From Leucoraja erinacea (Eukaryota), in contig NC_073392.1 of the NCBI RefSeq assembly GCF_028641065.1, positions 15,314,001-15,378,000 of the forward strand: a stretch of 64,000 nt of DNA. The letters are read 5' to 3'. Shown piece after piece: positions 23,741 through 36,088 of the stretch. Position 1 is the first letter of the stretch; every line of letters begins with the position of its first letter. The translations under genes and the position numbers were made by a program. Below the pieces are notes generated by a model, which saw only the letters and a program-made list of their open reading frames with translations, was not told the DNA's origin and searched no databases.

Positions 23741-25569
23741 ATTTCTTCATATATGTTGCCTTGCATGATGTGTATGCCTTTTATTTTCTGTCTTTGTTTC
23801 AAATTCCCAGAAATCATTTGTATTTGATAGTATGCCTTTATTCCTTGATATCATTATAGTATAGGGAGCAAGATACATTTTTTCTACTTTTCTGATATTG
23901 TATTCTTTGTCTCCAAGGCAATTTTCATCTGATTGCATTCCAATAATGTTCCATGGGATGATTCATTCTATTAAAGGGGGTATATCTGTTCAAGTTGTTA
24001 TTGCAGACACCAACTATTCATTGGATTTCTATCCACCACTGGTTAACTTTTACAAGAAAAATTCAGACCAGAATCCAAAATAAGTATTTTAGTCACCAGT
24101 AATAACCAAGAAGTAAAATTCTTTGAAAACATATAAAAACAACTGAGGGAAACATTAACTCAAATAGTCATTGGAGATCAATTCCTAGGTGGGACTTGCA
24201 AGAGTAAACCAATCGTCCATTAACTTGTCCATATCATATTGAACATTGGGAAGGAAATATGATTTGCAGGAAATGATTTACTCTAATTCCTTCTGTGATT
24301 CTGTGGTTCTTATGATTATAAGTTGACAAGTTGAGCCTAAGGGCCACGTTTCAATGCTGTACGACTCTATGACTTTGGTACAAAAACAAAGACACTTTTA
24401 TTGTTCAATAAAGGCAATTTAAATGAGAAATGTGATGCACAAAGAATGCTTCGATACAGTCAAGCACACGTCACCTTGTCAAATGTAATTAGATATGGCG
24501 GGATTGAGCAGTTTAACAATTGTCCTCATTTTCACATACAGTAAACTTTGTGTGGGTTATTGCTCATCTCATTTTATTGCACCAAAGTACACTGCCCGCT
24601 GTCTAGCCAGCAACCCACACTCAGTGAATCAGGGTGCTTGGATATTGCTATCAGAGCACAACATTTTCTTCCTCAGTTATATGATATTTTTTCATGCGGT
24701 GAATGCCATACATTTCCTACATTCAATTCAGTGTAGATGAGAAAAAATAAAGGAATTGTGTATGGGTGTGCTCCTTTGTCAGCAATAAAAGGTATACTGC
24801 TCCTTACTGTGGTGATGAATATTGCTTTCTACCATGTTGCAATGATAATCGAGGGACGTGAAGTTTATTTAGCTGGTCTAGGAACAAGTACTTGACATTT
24901 TGACATTGCCTACATTTCAGTTTGTAAGCAAGGAAATAGATAATATACTGCAGAGAAGCTCTTACATCTGTCAGAACATTTTGTCCCCATTGTGACTCAA
25001 TGGCCCAGGAAAAAGAGAATAAAAATAGCCTTGATTTGAAATTAGAAAATGGTTTAAACACATTCTCTTCATCAGGATAAACTGGTTCTAAGGCTTTCTG
25101 CATCACAATAACTTATACTGGGAATATGCCAACATCACATTTTCTATTGCAGATAGCTCAAGTTTGTTCAAAGAATTTGGAATCTGCAAATTATGCAGTA
25201 GTTTGTTGGGTATTAAAGATACATGTGTCAATGAAGGTTTGCCAAAGTGGGTTTGGGGAATGAAACTGAAAGCTCAGCAGTTTTACGTGTTCATTGAATA
25301 TGGGCATTGCAGAAAAGACCTGCATTCATTGCAAATCCCTAGCCGAATCACTTGCTGGATTAATGAGGAGGGCAGGTGAGAGTCAAGTACATTGCCGCTT
25401 GCCTGGAGTCATGTCTAGGCCAGACCCAATATGATTTCTTCCCTGAAGAAGATTTAATAAACCAAATACATTTTTTATCACAATCCATTAGTTTCATTGT
25501 CACTACAGCTGGTACAAGCAATTTAATTCTGGTTTGATTTAAGGATTTAAAATTTAAACTTCATGACTG

Positions 25570-25768
25570 TCCTTTGGCACAGTCCCTCATGGTAGGGTGG
25601 TCAAGAAGATTGTTACAATGGGGTCCATGGTGAGTTGGTAAATTGGATATAAAATCGGCTTGGTTACAGAACACAGAGAGCGTGGTGGTGAAGTGGGTTA
25701 CTCTGACAGGAGGTCTGTAAACAGTGTCGTTCCACCAGGATTAGTGTCATAACTGTGTGTTGTGTAGG

Positions 25769-25802
<34 letters not shown>

Positions 25803-26725
25803 AACATATATATATATAGCAAATAGTTGGACACTTAGAAGCATGGATGTACTGAGGGATCTTGGGGTTCAAGCCCATAGCTCCCTGAAATAGATAGGAC
25901 GATAAAGAATACATATGAGTACTAGCCTTCATCGGCTGAGGTACCGAATAGTAAAGCTAGAAAGTTATGAAGCAGCTATATAAAATCTTGGTTGGACTGC
26001 GAGTGGAGTATTATGAACAGCATCATCGCTACATAATAGGAAATATGTGAAGGCATTGGTGAGAATGTAAAATAGGCTCACATGGATGTTGCCTGAATTG
26101 TAGGTTATAAGATCATAAGTGATAGAGGTAGAAAGAGGCTATCCGGCCAATCAAGTCAACTCCGCCTTTCAATCAGGCTGATCTATCTCTCCCTCCTATC
26201 CAATGACTTGGCCTCAACAGCCTCTGTGGCAGAGAATTCCACAGATTCACCATCCTCTGACTAAAGACATTTCCCCACATCTCCTTCCTAAAATAACGTC
26301 CTTTAATCTGACCTCTAGTCCTAGACTCTCCCACTAATGGAAACATCATCTTCACATCCAAGCTATCCAAGCCTTTCACTATTCTGTATTAGCTACAATA
26401 CAGGTTATTAGCTATACGGAGAGGTTGGACAAAGTTGAAGTATTTTTGCTATAGTGTTGGACTCTGAGGGGCAACCTAGGACAGAAGCATATAAAATTAT
26501 GAGAGCATAGAAAGGATAGTCAGCACCTTTTTCCCAGGATGTAAATGTCAAAAACCATATGGCATAGGTCTAAGGTGAGAAGGGGCAAGTTCAAAGGGGA
26601 TGTGCGAGACAAGATTTTTATGACACAGAGAGGTGCCTGTAATGCTCAGTCAGAAGTGATGAAGGAAGCACATATGATAGACACATTTAACAAGCGTTTA
26701 GATAGACACATGAAGATTTAGGGAA
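25570..26725 (+). mobile_element. Old CR1 fragment with a nested minus-strand CR1 3' end (about 26105-26387) and a (TC)n(TA)n microsatellite
   Basis: Degenerate WI.N.L...SVPPGLV and RGNL motifs. ORF 26173-26379 (-) reads KGLDSLDV..FPLVGESRTRG..NLWNSLPQR. Confidence 0.75.
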
Positions 26726-27264
26726 AAAGGGAATATTTCTCTTTAACTGGCATTCCTTCACTGATTGTTCCTTCCAATGTTCCCTCGGTTCCCTTTTCTG
26801 CACAATTGCTTTGGACTAGTCAGAATATCTAAGATAATCCACCCGTCCACCCATTGCATCCCCAGTCCAGATGCTCCCAGCATCCAGCATTTCGAAAATT
26901 TACTGGATAAAAAAAACAGAAGTGGATAGGCAGACAAGCAGGATAGCATTAATCTCATCCTTACAATTCTAAGCTTGTCGCATGTTTTTTGAGTATTGGT
27001 TGACACTGCTATTTTGTTTCCTATGAATATTTTGCCCCTAAGGAATGACCTGAATTATTAATACAAAAACGAATTCATGAATGCATGTACAACAGAAGTC
27101 ACAATGAGTCTCTCAATGTCCTAAAGAAGTTCTGTAAATACTACTCATCCTGTACTCCCACATGTCATGATATGCAAGTGAGTTCTAAAGTTTGTTTTGA
27201 AGAAGTTTCCAAAATTCTCTTTTGCATCTCCTTGCTCTGATTTTAAAGTAAGGATCTCTCACTT

Positions 27265-27813
27265 ACATAGAAACATAGAAAATAGGTGCAGGAGTAGGCC
27301 ATTTGGCCCTTCGAGCCTGCACTGCCATTCAATATGATCATGGCTGATCATCCAACTCAGTATCCTGTACCTGCCTTCTCTCCATACATAGAAACATAGA
27401 AACATAGAAATTAGGTGCAGGAGTAGGCCATTCGGCCCTTCGAGCCTGCACCGCCATTCAATATGATCATGGCTGATCATCCAACTCAGTATCCTGTACC
27501 TGCCTTCTCTCCATACCCTCTGATCCCTTTAGCCACAAGGGCCACATCTAACTCCCTCTTAAATATAGCCAATGAACTGGCCTCAACTACCTTCTGTGGC
27601 AGAGAATTCTAGAGATTTACCACTCTCTGTGTGAAAAATGTTTTCCTCATCTCGGTCCTAAAAGATTTCCCCCTTATCCTTAAACTGTGACCCCTTGTTC
27701 TGGACTTCACCAACATCGGGAACAATCTTCCTGCATCTAGCCTGTCCAACCCCTTAAGAAGTTTGTAAGTTTCTATAAGATCCCCCCTCAATCTTCTAAA
27801 TTCTAGCGAGTAC
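27265..27813 (-). mobile_element. Young CR1 3' fragment with the last ~120 bp duplicated in tandem
   Basis: YSLEFRRLRGDLIETYKLLKGLDRLD. The 3' UTR plus tail occurs twice (27265-27385 and 27387-27515). Confidence 0.95.
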
Positions 27814-28321
27814 ACTTAATTCACCCCATTACTGGATCTGAGAACAATTATTTTTTGCAGCATTAGGATAGCAACTATGATCACTGCATCATATCTCTAA
27901 AACAAAATTCTACCAACATCAGATTTAAAAAAATTAATAATTGATTAGCAGAGTTATTGATCGTGCAGAAGAGTTCCAACTGCAGAAGCTTTGATTATGT
28001 AATCTGTTCTGATAACCTTGGAATACTGAAAACATTCTGCTCAATCTACTTTCACTACTTCCATGGTGATCCATCCTCCTGATGACCAGGTCTGTTCACA
28101 ATACCTGGAACAGGGCTTTGTTGTGTTAAACGCTGCCCCTCTTTATATTTTACTCTCCCAGTCATTACCATGAATCCTACTGATTTATTTCTGTGCCTGT
28201 GCCAGAGAGATGACGACACAGAAAATCTCCATCCCTTTCAGTTTCTAAAGTAGAAAGAACACTATGCATCAGGTCCTTGAGCATGAATTGAACAGCTAGC
28301 TTAAGGGGGGCTGAACTTGAT

Positions 28322-29534
28322 GAGATGTAACTAGTAGAGTGGATAAGGGAGAACCAGTGGATGCGTTATATCTGGACTTTCAGAAGGCATTCGACAAGGT
28401 CCCACATAAGAGATTAGTATACAAACTTAAAGCACACGGTATTGGGGGTTCAGTATTGATGTGGATAGAGAACTGGTTGGCAGACAGGAAGCAAAGAGTA
28501 GGAGTGAACGGGTCCTTTTCACAATGGCAGGCAGTGAGGACCCCAGCTATTTACGATATATATTTATGATTTGGACGAGGGAATTGAATGCAACATCTCC
28601 AAGTTTGCGGATGACACGAAGCTGGGGGGCAGTGTTAGCTGTGAGGAGGATGCTAGGAGGCTGCAAGGTGACTTGGATAGGCTGGGTGAGTGGGCAAATG
28701 CATGGCAAGTGCAGTATAATGTGGATAAATGTGAGGTTATCCACTTTGGTGGCAAAAACAGGAAAGTAGATTATTATCTGAATGGTGGCCGATTAGGAAA
28801 GGGGGAGATGCAACGAGACCTGGGTGTCATGGTACACCAGTCATTAAAAGTAGGCATGCAGGTGCAGCAGGCAGTGAAGAAGGTGAATGGTATGTTAGCA
28901 TTCATAGCAAAAGGATTTGAGTATAGGATCAAGGAGGTTCTACTGCAGTTGTACAGAGTCTTGGTGAGACCACACCTGGAGTATTGCGTACAGTTCTGGT
29001 CTCCTAATCTGAGGTAAGACATTCTTGCCATAGAGGGAGTACAGAGAAAGTTCACCAGACTGATTCATGGGATGTCAGGACTTTCATATGAAGAAAGACT
29101 GGATAGACTCGGTTTGTACTCACTAGAATTTAGAAGATTGAGGGGGCATCTTATAGAAACTTACAAAATTCTTAAGGGGTTGGACAGGCTAGATGCAGGA
29201 AGATTGTTCCCGATGTTGGGGAAGTCCAGAACAAGGGATCATAGTTTAAGGATAAGGGGGAAATCTTTTAGGACCGAGATGAGGAAAACTGTTTTCATAC
29301 AGAGAGTGGTGAATCTCTGGAATTCTCTGCTGCAGAAGGTAGTTGAGGCCAGTTCATTGGCTATATTTAAGACGGAGTTAGATGTGGCCCTTGTGGCTAA
29401 AGGGATCAGGGGGTATGGAGAGAAGGCAGGAACAGGATGCTGAGTTGGATGATCAGCCATGATCATATTGAATGGCGGTTCAGGCTCGAAGGGCCGAATG
29501 GCCTACTCCGGCACCTATTTTCTATGTTTCTATG
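28322..29534 (+). mobile_element. Young 5'-truncated CR1 (RT domain to 3' end)
   Basis: YLDFQKAFDKVPH, SKFADDTKLGG, LVRPHLEYCVQFWSP, TRDHSL. The PQGSVLG motif is deleted at about 28537. Tail ctatgtttctatg. Confidence 0.97.
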
Positions 29535-31299
29535 AGCTGGTGAGGTGATCATAATGTGCGATTAACTCAAGTCTGTTCGTCCTGATGCAAGCTGCCCCTA
29601 GGAGTAAAGCTGCCTGCTTATCATTATGATTTTGTTGCCCACCCAACACTAATTGCACTGATGATTTGGTTAACTTCTTTATGGGGATCCTTTTTTAATG
29701 ACTGGCTAGCTACTTCTTGCATATGGCGTGCACAGCCTAAAGGTGTAGGACAACTTGTTCTATTTGATTGTGCACTCCGGGTTGATTGCAATCTTCCACC
29801 CCACTGGCTAGCTTCAATTTACATTAACCTACTCTATTTAAAGGGGAAAGATGGCCTGTGGCTCCAACAGGTGCTTGAAGCCATTGTGGCTATATGTGAC
29901 AACACATGCCTCCTCCTCTATATGAGACACAGAATGAACCCAGGCTCCTAGGCTATGAACTGCTCAAGGTCATCCTCCCAGGTCATGTTCCATGTCCCCA
30001 CTGATACACAATACCCTTCTACCAACTATGTTGCAGTAACATCAGTATCACCACACGAAGATTATTATTGGCAAAGGCAATTCTGTGATATTAGTTCAGT
30101 TTATAGAGAAAAGTTAATATTGCAGATCTTCCATTGGCATATTTCCAGTAAGTGCCGCAAAGCCTCAACTTCACATTTTCTCTGGCACCACGCAGGTTAA
30201 TGCCCTCCACAAGATGATCACTAGTACAATTGTGCATACAAAACATGGCCCACTGTACTGAAAACAAATCTATACTGTAAGATACAAACTGTTGGCAATG
30301 TGCAGTCAAATTTTACATCCAATATCTGTCGAGAGTATTTTCAATTCCACACTACACCAATTCTGACAAATGTACTAATAATCATTTCTGCTCATTGCAT
30401 CTTCCAGGTCATTTCATCACTACTTTGTTGTAGCAATCTTTTCAGTCTCCTTCCACATCTGGCAAGAACATTGTCATAGTACTTCCGCCTTACACTTTAC
30501 TGTTCTTTGTAATATAATGCAAACCTAACTTGTGGCCATAAATTTACTCGGGAGATTGTTCACTGTCCTTCCTGTCCTAATATTATTCCATTCAGAAATT
30601 CTCCTCTACGCCTCGGCGGTTTTAAGGGCTGTTTCTGATTTTGTTAAGATGTTAAATGCGGCATTCATAATTGCTGGTGTCAGCGATCTTCATTTTAGTT
30701 GCAGTTCTGACCGAGAAAGCAAAGATTGGCACCCATCATCTGGAGTGTGGAAGATGCAGGGGTAATTAAATGCAGATCCTGTGTATCATCAGCAAATTCA
30801 AAACCGTTAGAATCTGGTTCAGTTCGTTACCACATCACATTATATGCTCAATTAGCCAACATAAGAAAGTGGATTGTACTTTAAAAAACGGCCGGCATAT
30901 GCCTACCTCCAGCAATCCAGTTATAAAAGAGATTGAAATAAAAAAGCAGCAACTTGTGGGTGGGAATGGATCAGTGTTGTAACTTTTCCTCGCCTGCAAG
31001 TACAAAAATCTGACAGCAATATGAAAACATGTCAGAAAGAAAATAGCCTGCCTATTTATGGTTCACCAGCAGTGGCTCTTGACTGTGATGCTGTAGCTGC
31101 AGTATAGCAAGATGAATCGTTACCAGAGGTTCTTGAGACCACCCTTCTCAGTCAAACAACATATCTTCCTCGTGTATACAGAGATAATGGTTCAATGTGT
31201 GTGCTGAAGATCAGCAGCGACTTGACATTCAGCTGCAGGAAGCAGAGGCTTGTCTGAGCAATCTCGTGTGAGTGTGACCTTCATTACTGCTTGTGTATT

Positions 31300-31610
31300 C
31301 TGAAGAAGGTTCCTGACCCACCACCTATCCACACCCTCCAGAGATTCTACCTGACCCGCTGACTTACTCCAGCACTTTGTTTTATTTTGGTAAAACCAGC
31401 ATCTGCTGTTCCGTGTGCCTCCATTATTGCTTTAGTTACAGATAGAAGATAGACACAAACTACTGGAGTAACCCTTCTTCTAGGTCTCAACCATAAACAT
31501 CACCAATTCCTTTTCTCCAGAGATGCTGCCTGACCCGCTGAGTTACTCCAGCATTTTGTGTCTCTATATTTGGTGTAAATATAGAGTTCTGTAGTTCCTC
31601 CCTACACGTG
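31300..31610. mobile_element. Penelope pLTR fragments (two, one with an inverted arm)
   Basis: ctgaagaagg...ccagagatgctgcctgacccgctgagttactccagcattttgtg. Confidence 0.7.
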
Positions 31611-31637
31611 ACAGATTAGAATTGGAGTGAGACGCTG

Positions 31638-31960
31638 CATAGAAACAGGCCCTCGGTCCACAGTCCATGAAGATCATCAACCACCCATCTTTACACTATT
31701 CCTACCCTACCCATTTTACTCTCTCCACACCCTCATCAACCACCATTCCTCTGCACACTCGGAGCAATTTACCATGGCTGTTTAATCCACCTATATGCAC
31801 GCCTTTGCAATGCAGAAGGAAAATAAAGCACCTGGAGGAAACTCATGTGGTCACAGGAAGAATGTGCAAACTCCACGCTAACAGCACCTGAGGTCTGGTT
31901 GAACTCGAGTCACTGGAAGTATGAGGCAGCACCCCGACTAGCTTTGCCACAATGCCACCC
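31638..31960 (-). mobile_element. Old V-SINE
   Basis: Reverse-complement similarity to the SINE consensus (tgcaaactccac, gaaacaggccctcgg). Confidence 0.7.
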
Positions 31961-32064
31961 TAAAATAAACTGTTAATTTGTTTTATTTTTTAAAAAGTCC
32001 ATTAAATACTTCCTGCTTAATTCTATTACACATGTCTAACTTTCCTGGGAAGTATTTTAGGGCA

Positions 32065-32365
32065 CACAGTGGCACAACGGTAGATTTACTGCCACAGTGC
32101 CATAGATCCAGGTTCGATCCTGACTACAGGCACTGCCTGTACAAGGTTTGTACCTTCTCCCTGTGACTGCATGGGTTTTCTCTGAGGACTCCGATTTCCA
32201 CTCATACTCCAACAACGGAGAGGTTTGTAAATCAATTGGCTTCAGTAAATTGTAAAATGTCCCTAATGTGTAGGATAGTGCTGGTGTACGGGGATCATTG
32301 GTCAGACCCGGTAGGCCAAAAAGCCTGTTCCCACAATGTATCTCTGAAGTCTAAAGTAAAGTCCA
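32065..32365 (+). mobile_element. V-SINE (HE1-like)
   Basis: B box ggttcgatcc, V domain, tail. Confidence 0.85.
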
Positions 32366-32806
32366 AAGCCAAGAGAAGAAAAATCATCTCCCTTGCACAA
32401 ATAGTTTTCACTCATCTATTCTAATAATCACTTATCCTAAATGCCAAAATCCAGACTTTAGTTAATGGCGACATAAGGAATGGGTCAGCTAAACCTTGGT
32501 ACAAATTTATATTTCACATTTCCTCAAGGAAACTTAGAAATAAATTGTGATCCTAGTGATCTACTAAGCAGAGAAGTTACGGCATGGCAATTAATAAGTG
32601 TTGTATTCTTAGTTAAGAATAATTAATCCCTCATCCAGCTCGCAGGAATTCCTCAGCCTAGTAATAATGAATTGGGATCTGCCTACGTCGACAGCAATTC
32701 TTGCTTCCTGCTCTATTTTAGCCGATGAAAAGGAATGTTGGAATGAATGTCATAGTCATAGAGTCATAGAGTGTGGAAACCCGCCCTTCGGCCTAACTTG
32801 TCCACC

Positions 32807-33549
32807 CAGGGCCGGATTTACGTATAAACTAGACAAGCTTAAGCTTAGGGCCTCGAGATCTAGGGGGGGCCTACTCACCTCGCTGCCTCATCGGACCCGT
32901 CGAACCTCGCCGCCCCACCGAGGAGGCCAATTCACTGGATGTGTTCAAGAGAGTTAAATATAGTTCTTAGCACTAATGGAATTGAGGCATATGGGAAGAA
33001 AGCAGCTTCTCCAGCGATGCTGCCTGACCCGTTGAGTTACTCCAGCACTTTGAGTTTTTTTCCCTGTTGAATTACACTCTGCTGACTCATGGTTGACTAT
33101 CAACAGGGAATATCTTTCTGCCCCCGATCCTCACAATTGCTCCAGGTCCCAAATCTGGAATTTTCAATCCCACTTCCCCTCCCCCAAGTCCCCAATCCCT
33201 GGACTTCCCCATCACAGGTGTATAATCCCCTCTGCTCCATATCCCAGGGATTAGGCATGGCCATGTTGCTCGCATGGGTGAGTTGGGCTGAGGGGCGAAT
33301 TTCCATGCTGCATGACTCTATGACTTGACCGGTGCAGAGAGGTATAGGTTAGTGGAAGAAAAACTAACGGATGCTATTACCAGCATTCACAAGGATAAGA
33401 TCTGGACTGGATGAGATAATGGATGTGACGTGGAGATTCCAGTGGTGCCGTGGTAGAGTTGCTGCCTTAAAACGCTTCACAAGTCGGGGCTGTCAGGGGC
33501 CTCACAAGTGAAATAGCTTAGGGCCTCTCTTCATCTAAATCCGGCCCTG
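32807..33549. mobile_element. Non-autonomous hAT-type element inserted in a CR1 3' end
   Basis: 14-bp TIR CAGGGCCGGATTTA and 8-bp TSD tgtccacc / cgtccacc (7/8, CpG change). Confidence 0.88.
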
Positions 33550-33624
33550 CGTCCACCCTGCCTGTACTTGGTCCATATCCCTCCAAACCAGTCCTATCCA
33601 TGTATCTGTCTGTTTCTTAAAATG

Positions 33625-33998
33625 ATATGAATATTGACTTCTCTAACTTCAAGTAATGCTCGTTTTCCCTTTCTCTCCATCACTCATCTTCCAAGTTCTT
33701 TGACCAGTCTGACAGTTCCCAATTAAATGTTATCTCTGATTGCTTTGTTGCCACCTTCTCCGAGGTAACAATGATCTATTCGACATTTACCTTGAATTTC
33801 ATCTCTCTTGATGTATTGTTTTCCACCTTACCCTTCCTTATCTCTGTAGCTCCCTCTCCCCTGACTCTCAGTCTGAAGAAAGGTTTTGACCCAAAATGTC
33901 ACCCATTCATTCTATCCAGAGATGCTGCCTAGCTCGCTGAGTCACTCCAGCATTTTGAGTCTATCTTTGGTGTAAACCAGCATCTGCAGTTCCTTCCT
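33625..33998 (+). mobile_element. Penelope 3' end/pLTR
   Basis: End of ORF (MNIDFSNFK*), UTR, and hammerhead-like ctgaagaaaggttttgacccaaaatgtc at 33873-33900. Confidence 0.85.
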
Positions 33999-34989
33999 GC
34001 AGGAAAAGGAAAGGTGGACAAAACTATCCCCCCCAACCCTCTGTCTGTACCATAGGATTATGATTGAATGAGCATCCGTAAGGTTATTGCTGAGATCTAA
34101 ACCAATGGTGTTAACATTTTGGGAGGTTCGATCTCCATTGTCAGATAATGGCACTTGTTGCTTGACAAAACCACGAGTGTAAGATTAACAATTAGGTCCA
34201 TCCGTCTTGCTCTTTGCTGACTTATCAGTGTAGAGCACGGCCTCTGTTAGTAATGGGGCCATTTATTTTCTATCTATTTGGGGATCCTCTTGTCATGCCA
34301 CCATTCACACAGAACAGGTTGACGATGTATTTTTTCCAAATAAAATTGCTTTCAAATGTTGGGCCGATGACAGTGAAATATGGCAGGTCTTTCATGAATG
34401 GAACACAGCCATAACTTGCAGCCGCAGTGAACCAAGTGAGTTATGGCCACCTTTCGCACTAAATGAGAGAACAGCTAGTTCCCTATTGTTAAGAAGATCC
34501 GCTCTTCATTATAGATGTGCGCAGGTCCTGATGCAATCAAAAGCAAACTGTGAGCACGTCACTGGAATTAATAATAAGTCACAGTGTTGTTCCAGGCCAA
34601 TTGGAAATTAGTTTAGCTCTGTGATTAAACTTCAGAGAGTCTGCAAACTCATCTCCTAGTCTGCAGGCAGAAATATTATATCAGCAAGATTCAGTAGATG
34701 CATCAGGAAAGCAGGGACTAATCAGTTTTATGTCATTCAATATCAGTCTTTGAAATTGTTCTCAAGGACTGGTAAAATATGACTTCGGGAAGTGTCACCA
34801 GCATTGAGTTAGGGAAGGATGGTCACATCTGCTGAATTTGTAATGGGCAAATCAACATGGAAGAAATGAGAAACACAATCATTACAAATGATGTGTGGGG
34901 TATGTTTTATTACACAGAGAGTGATGGGTGGCTGGAATACACTGGTAGGGGTGATAGTGCAGGCAGATATGATGGTGGCATTTAGGAAG

Positions 34990-35310
34990 GGCCAGAGACC
35001 TAGTTTCACTCCTGATCATGGGTGCTAAGTTTATATGACATAAGGTCTGACATAAATTTATAAGGTTCGTACAAAGTTTCTGCGTTCTCCCTGTGAGCGC
35101 ATAGATTTTTTCTCAGGGTGCTCCGGGTTTCCTCCCACGTTCCAAAGACATGTAAGCTTGTAGGTTCATTTTCTTCTGCCAATTGTCCCTAGTATATATG
35201 ATGCGAAAGTGGGTCAAGATGGAACTAGTGTGCGGGTTATCGATGGACGGCATGCTCTCATTAAGCTGAAAGGCATGTTACCACGCTGTATCTCTAAACT
35301 AATCTAAACT
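34990..35310 (+). mobile_element. V-SINE, degenerate
   Basis: gttctccctgtga...tttcctcccac..ccaaaga...gtatctctaaact. Confidence 0.7.
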
Positions 35311-35773
35311 GTTTGAAATGTCTTAACCCTCTATGAAAGGCCCACAGGACTTTCGAATAGCATTAGTTATAGAATAACGAGAGTACTCTGACAGTGCATG
35401 GAAAACTGACATAAGAATGCTGGTTCAATCCTAATGAGGATGCTTGCTGATGATTGCACAATGTTCATTTCTGCGAATAACAGCTCGATGCTGCAAGCTG
35501 AAATATCTGGACAATTTCAAGCATGAGTTGTAAGCCAGAAGATATGTACTAAACAAGTGCCAGAATTGATTATCTAGAATGAGAGACTCTTGTTGATGCC
35601 CCACCAACAATATCTTGGTGGGTAACTGGTGTCAGATTTAACTATAGTAGACATGTGGCAATATGAACAGGTCAGACAGTGAATATCCCATGATGACTGT
35701 CTCCCCTCCTGACACCCATTCCTTCCATCCATAGAGCATTATGGGATATCTTTCATTTATTTGGAAGAGTGCT

Positions 35774-36088
35774 GTTTAGTTTAGTTTAGAGATAAAGCAC
35801 GGGAACAGGCCCTTCGGCCCACCGAGTCCACACCGACCAGTGTTCCCCGCACATTAACACTATCCTACACATACTAGAGACAATTTACATTTATACCAAA
35901 TTACATTATACCAAGCTAATTAGCCTACGTCTTTGGAGTGCTGTTGGAGGAAACAAAAGATCTCAGAGAAAACCATGCAGGTCACGGAGAGAACGTAAAA
36001 ACTCCGTACAGTCAAGCACCCGTAGTCACGATCGAACCCGTGTCTCTGGCGCTCTAAGGCACCAACTCTACTGATGTGCCACTGTGCT
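35774..36088 (-). mobile_element. V-SINE (HE1-like)
   Basis: (tttag)n tail, reverse B box gatcgaaccc. Confidence 0.88.
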
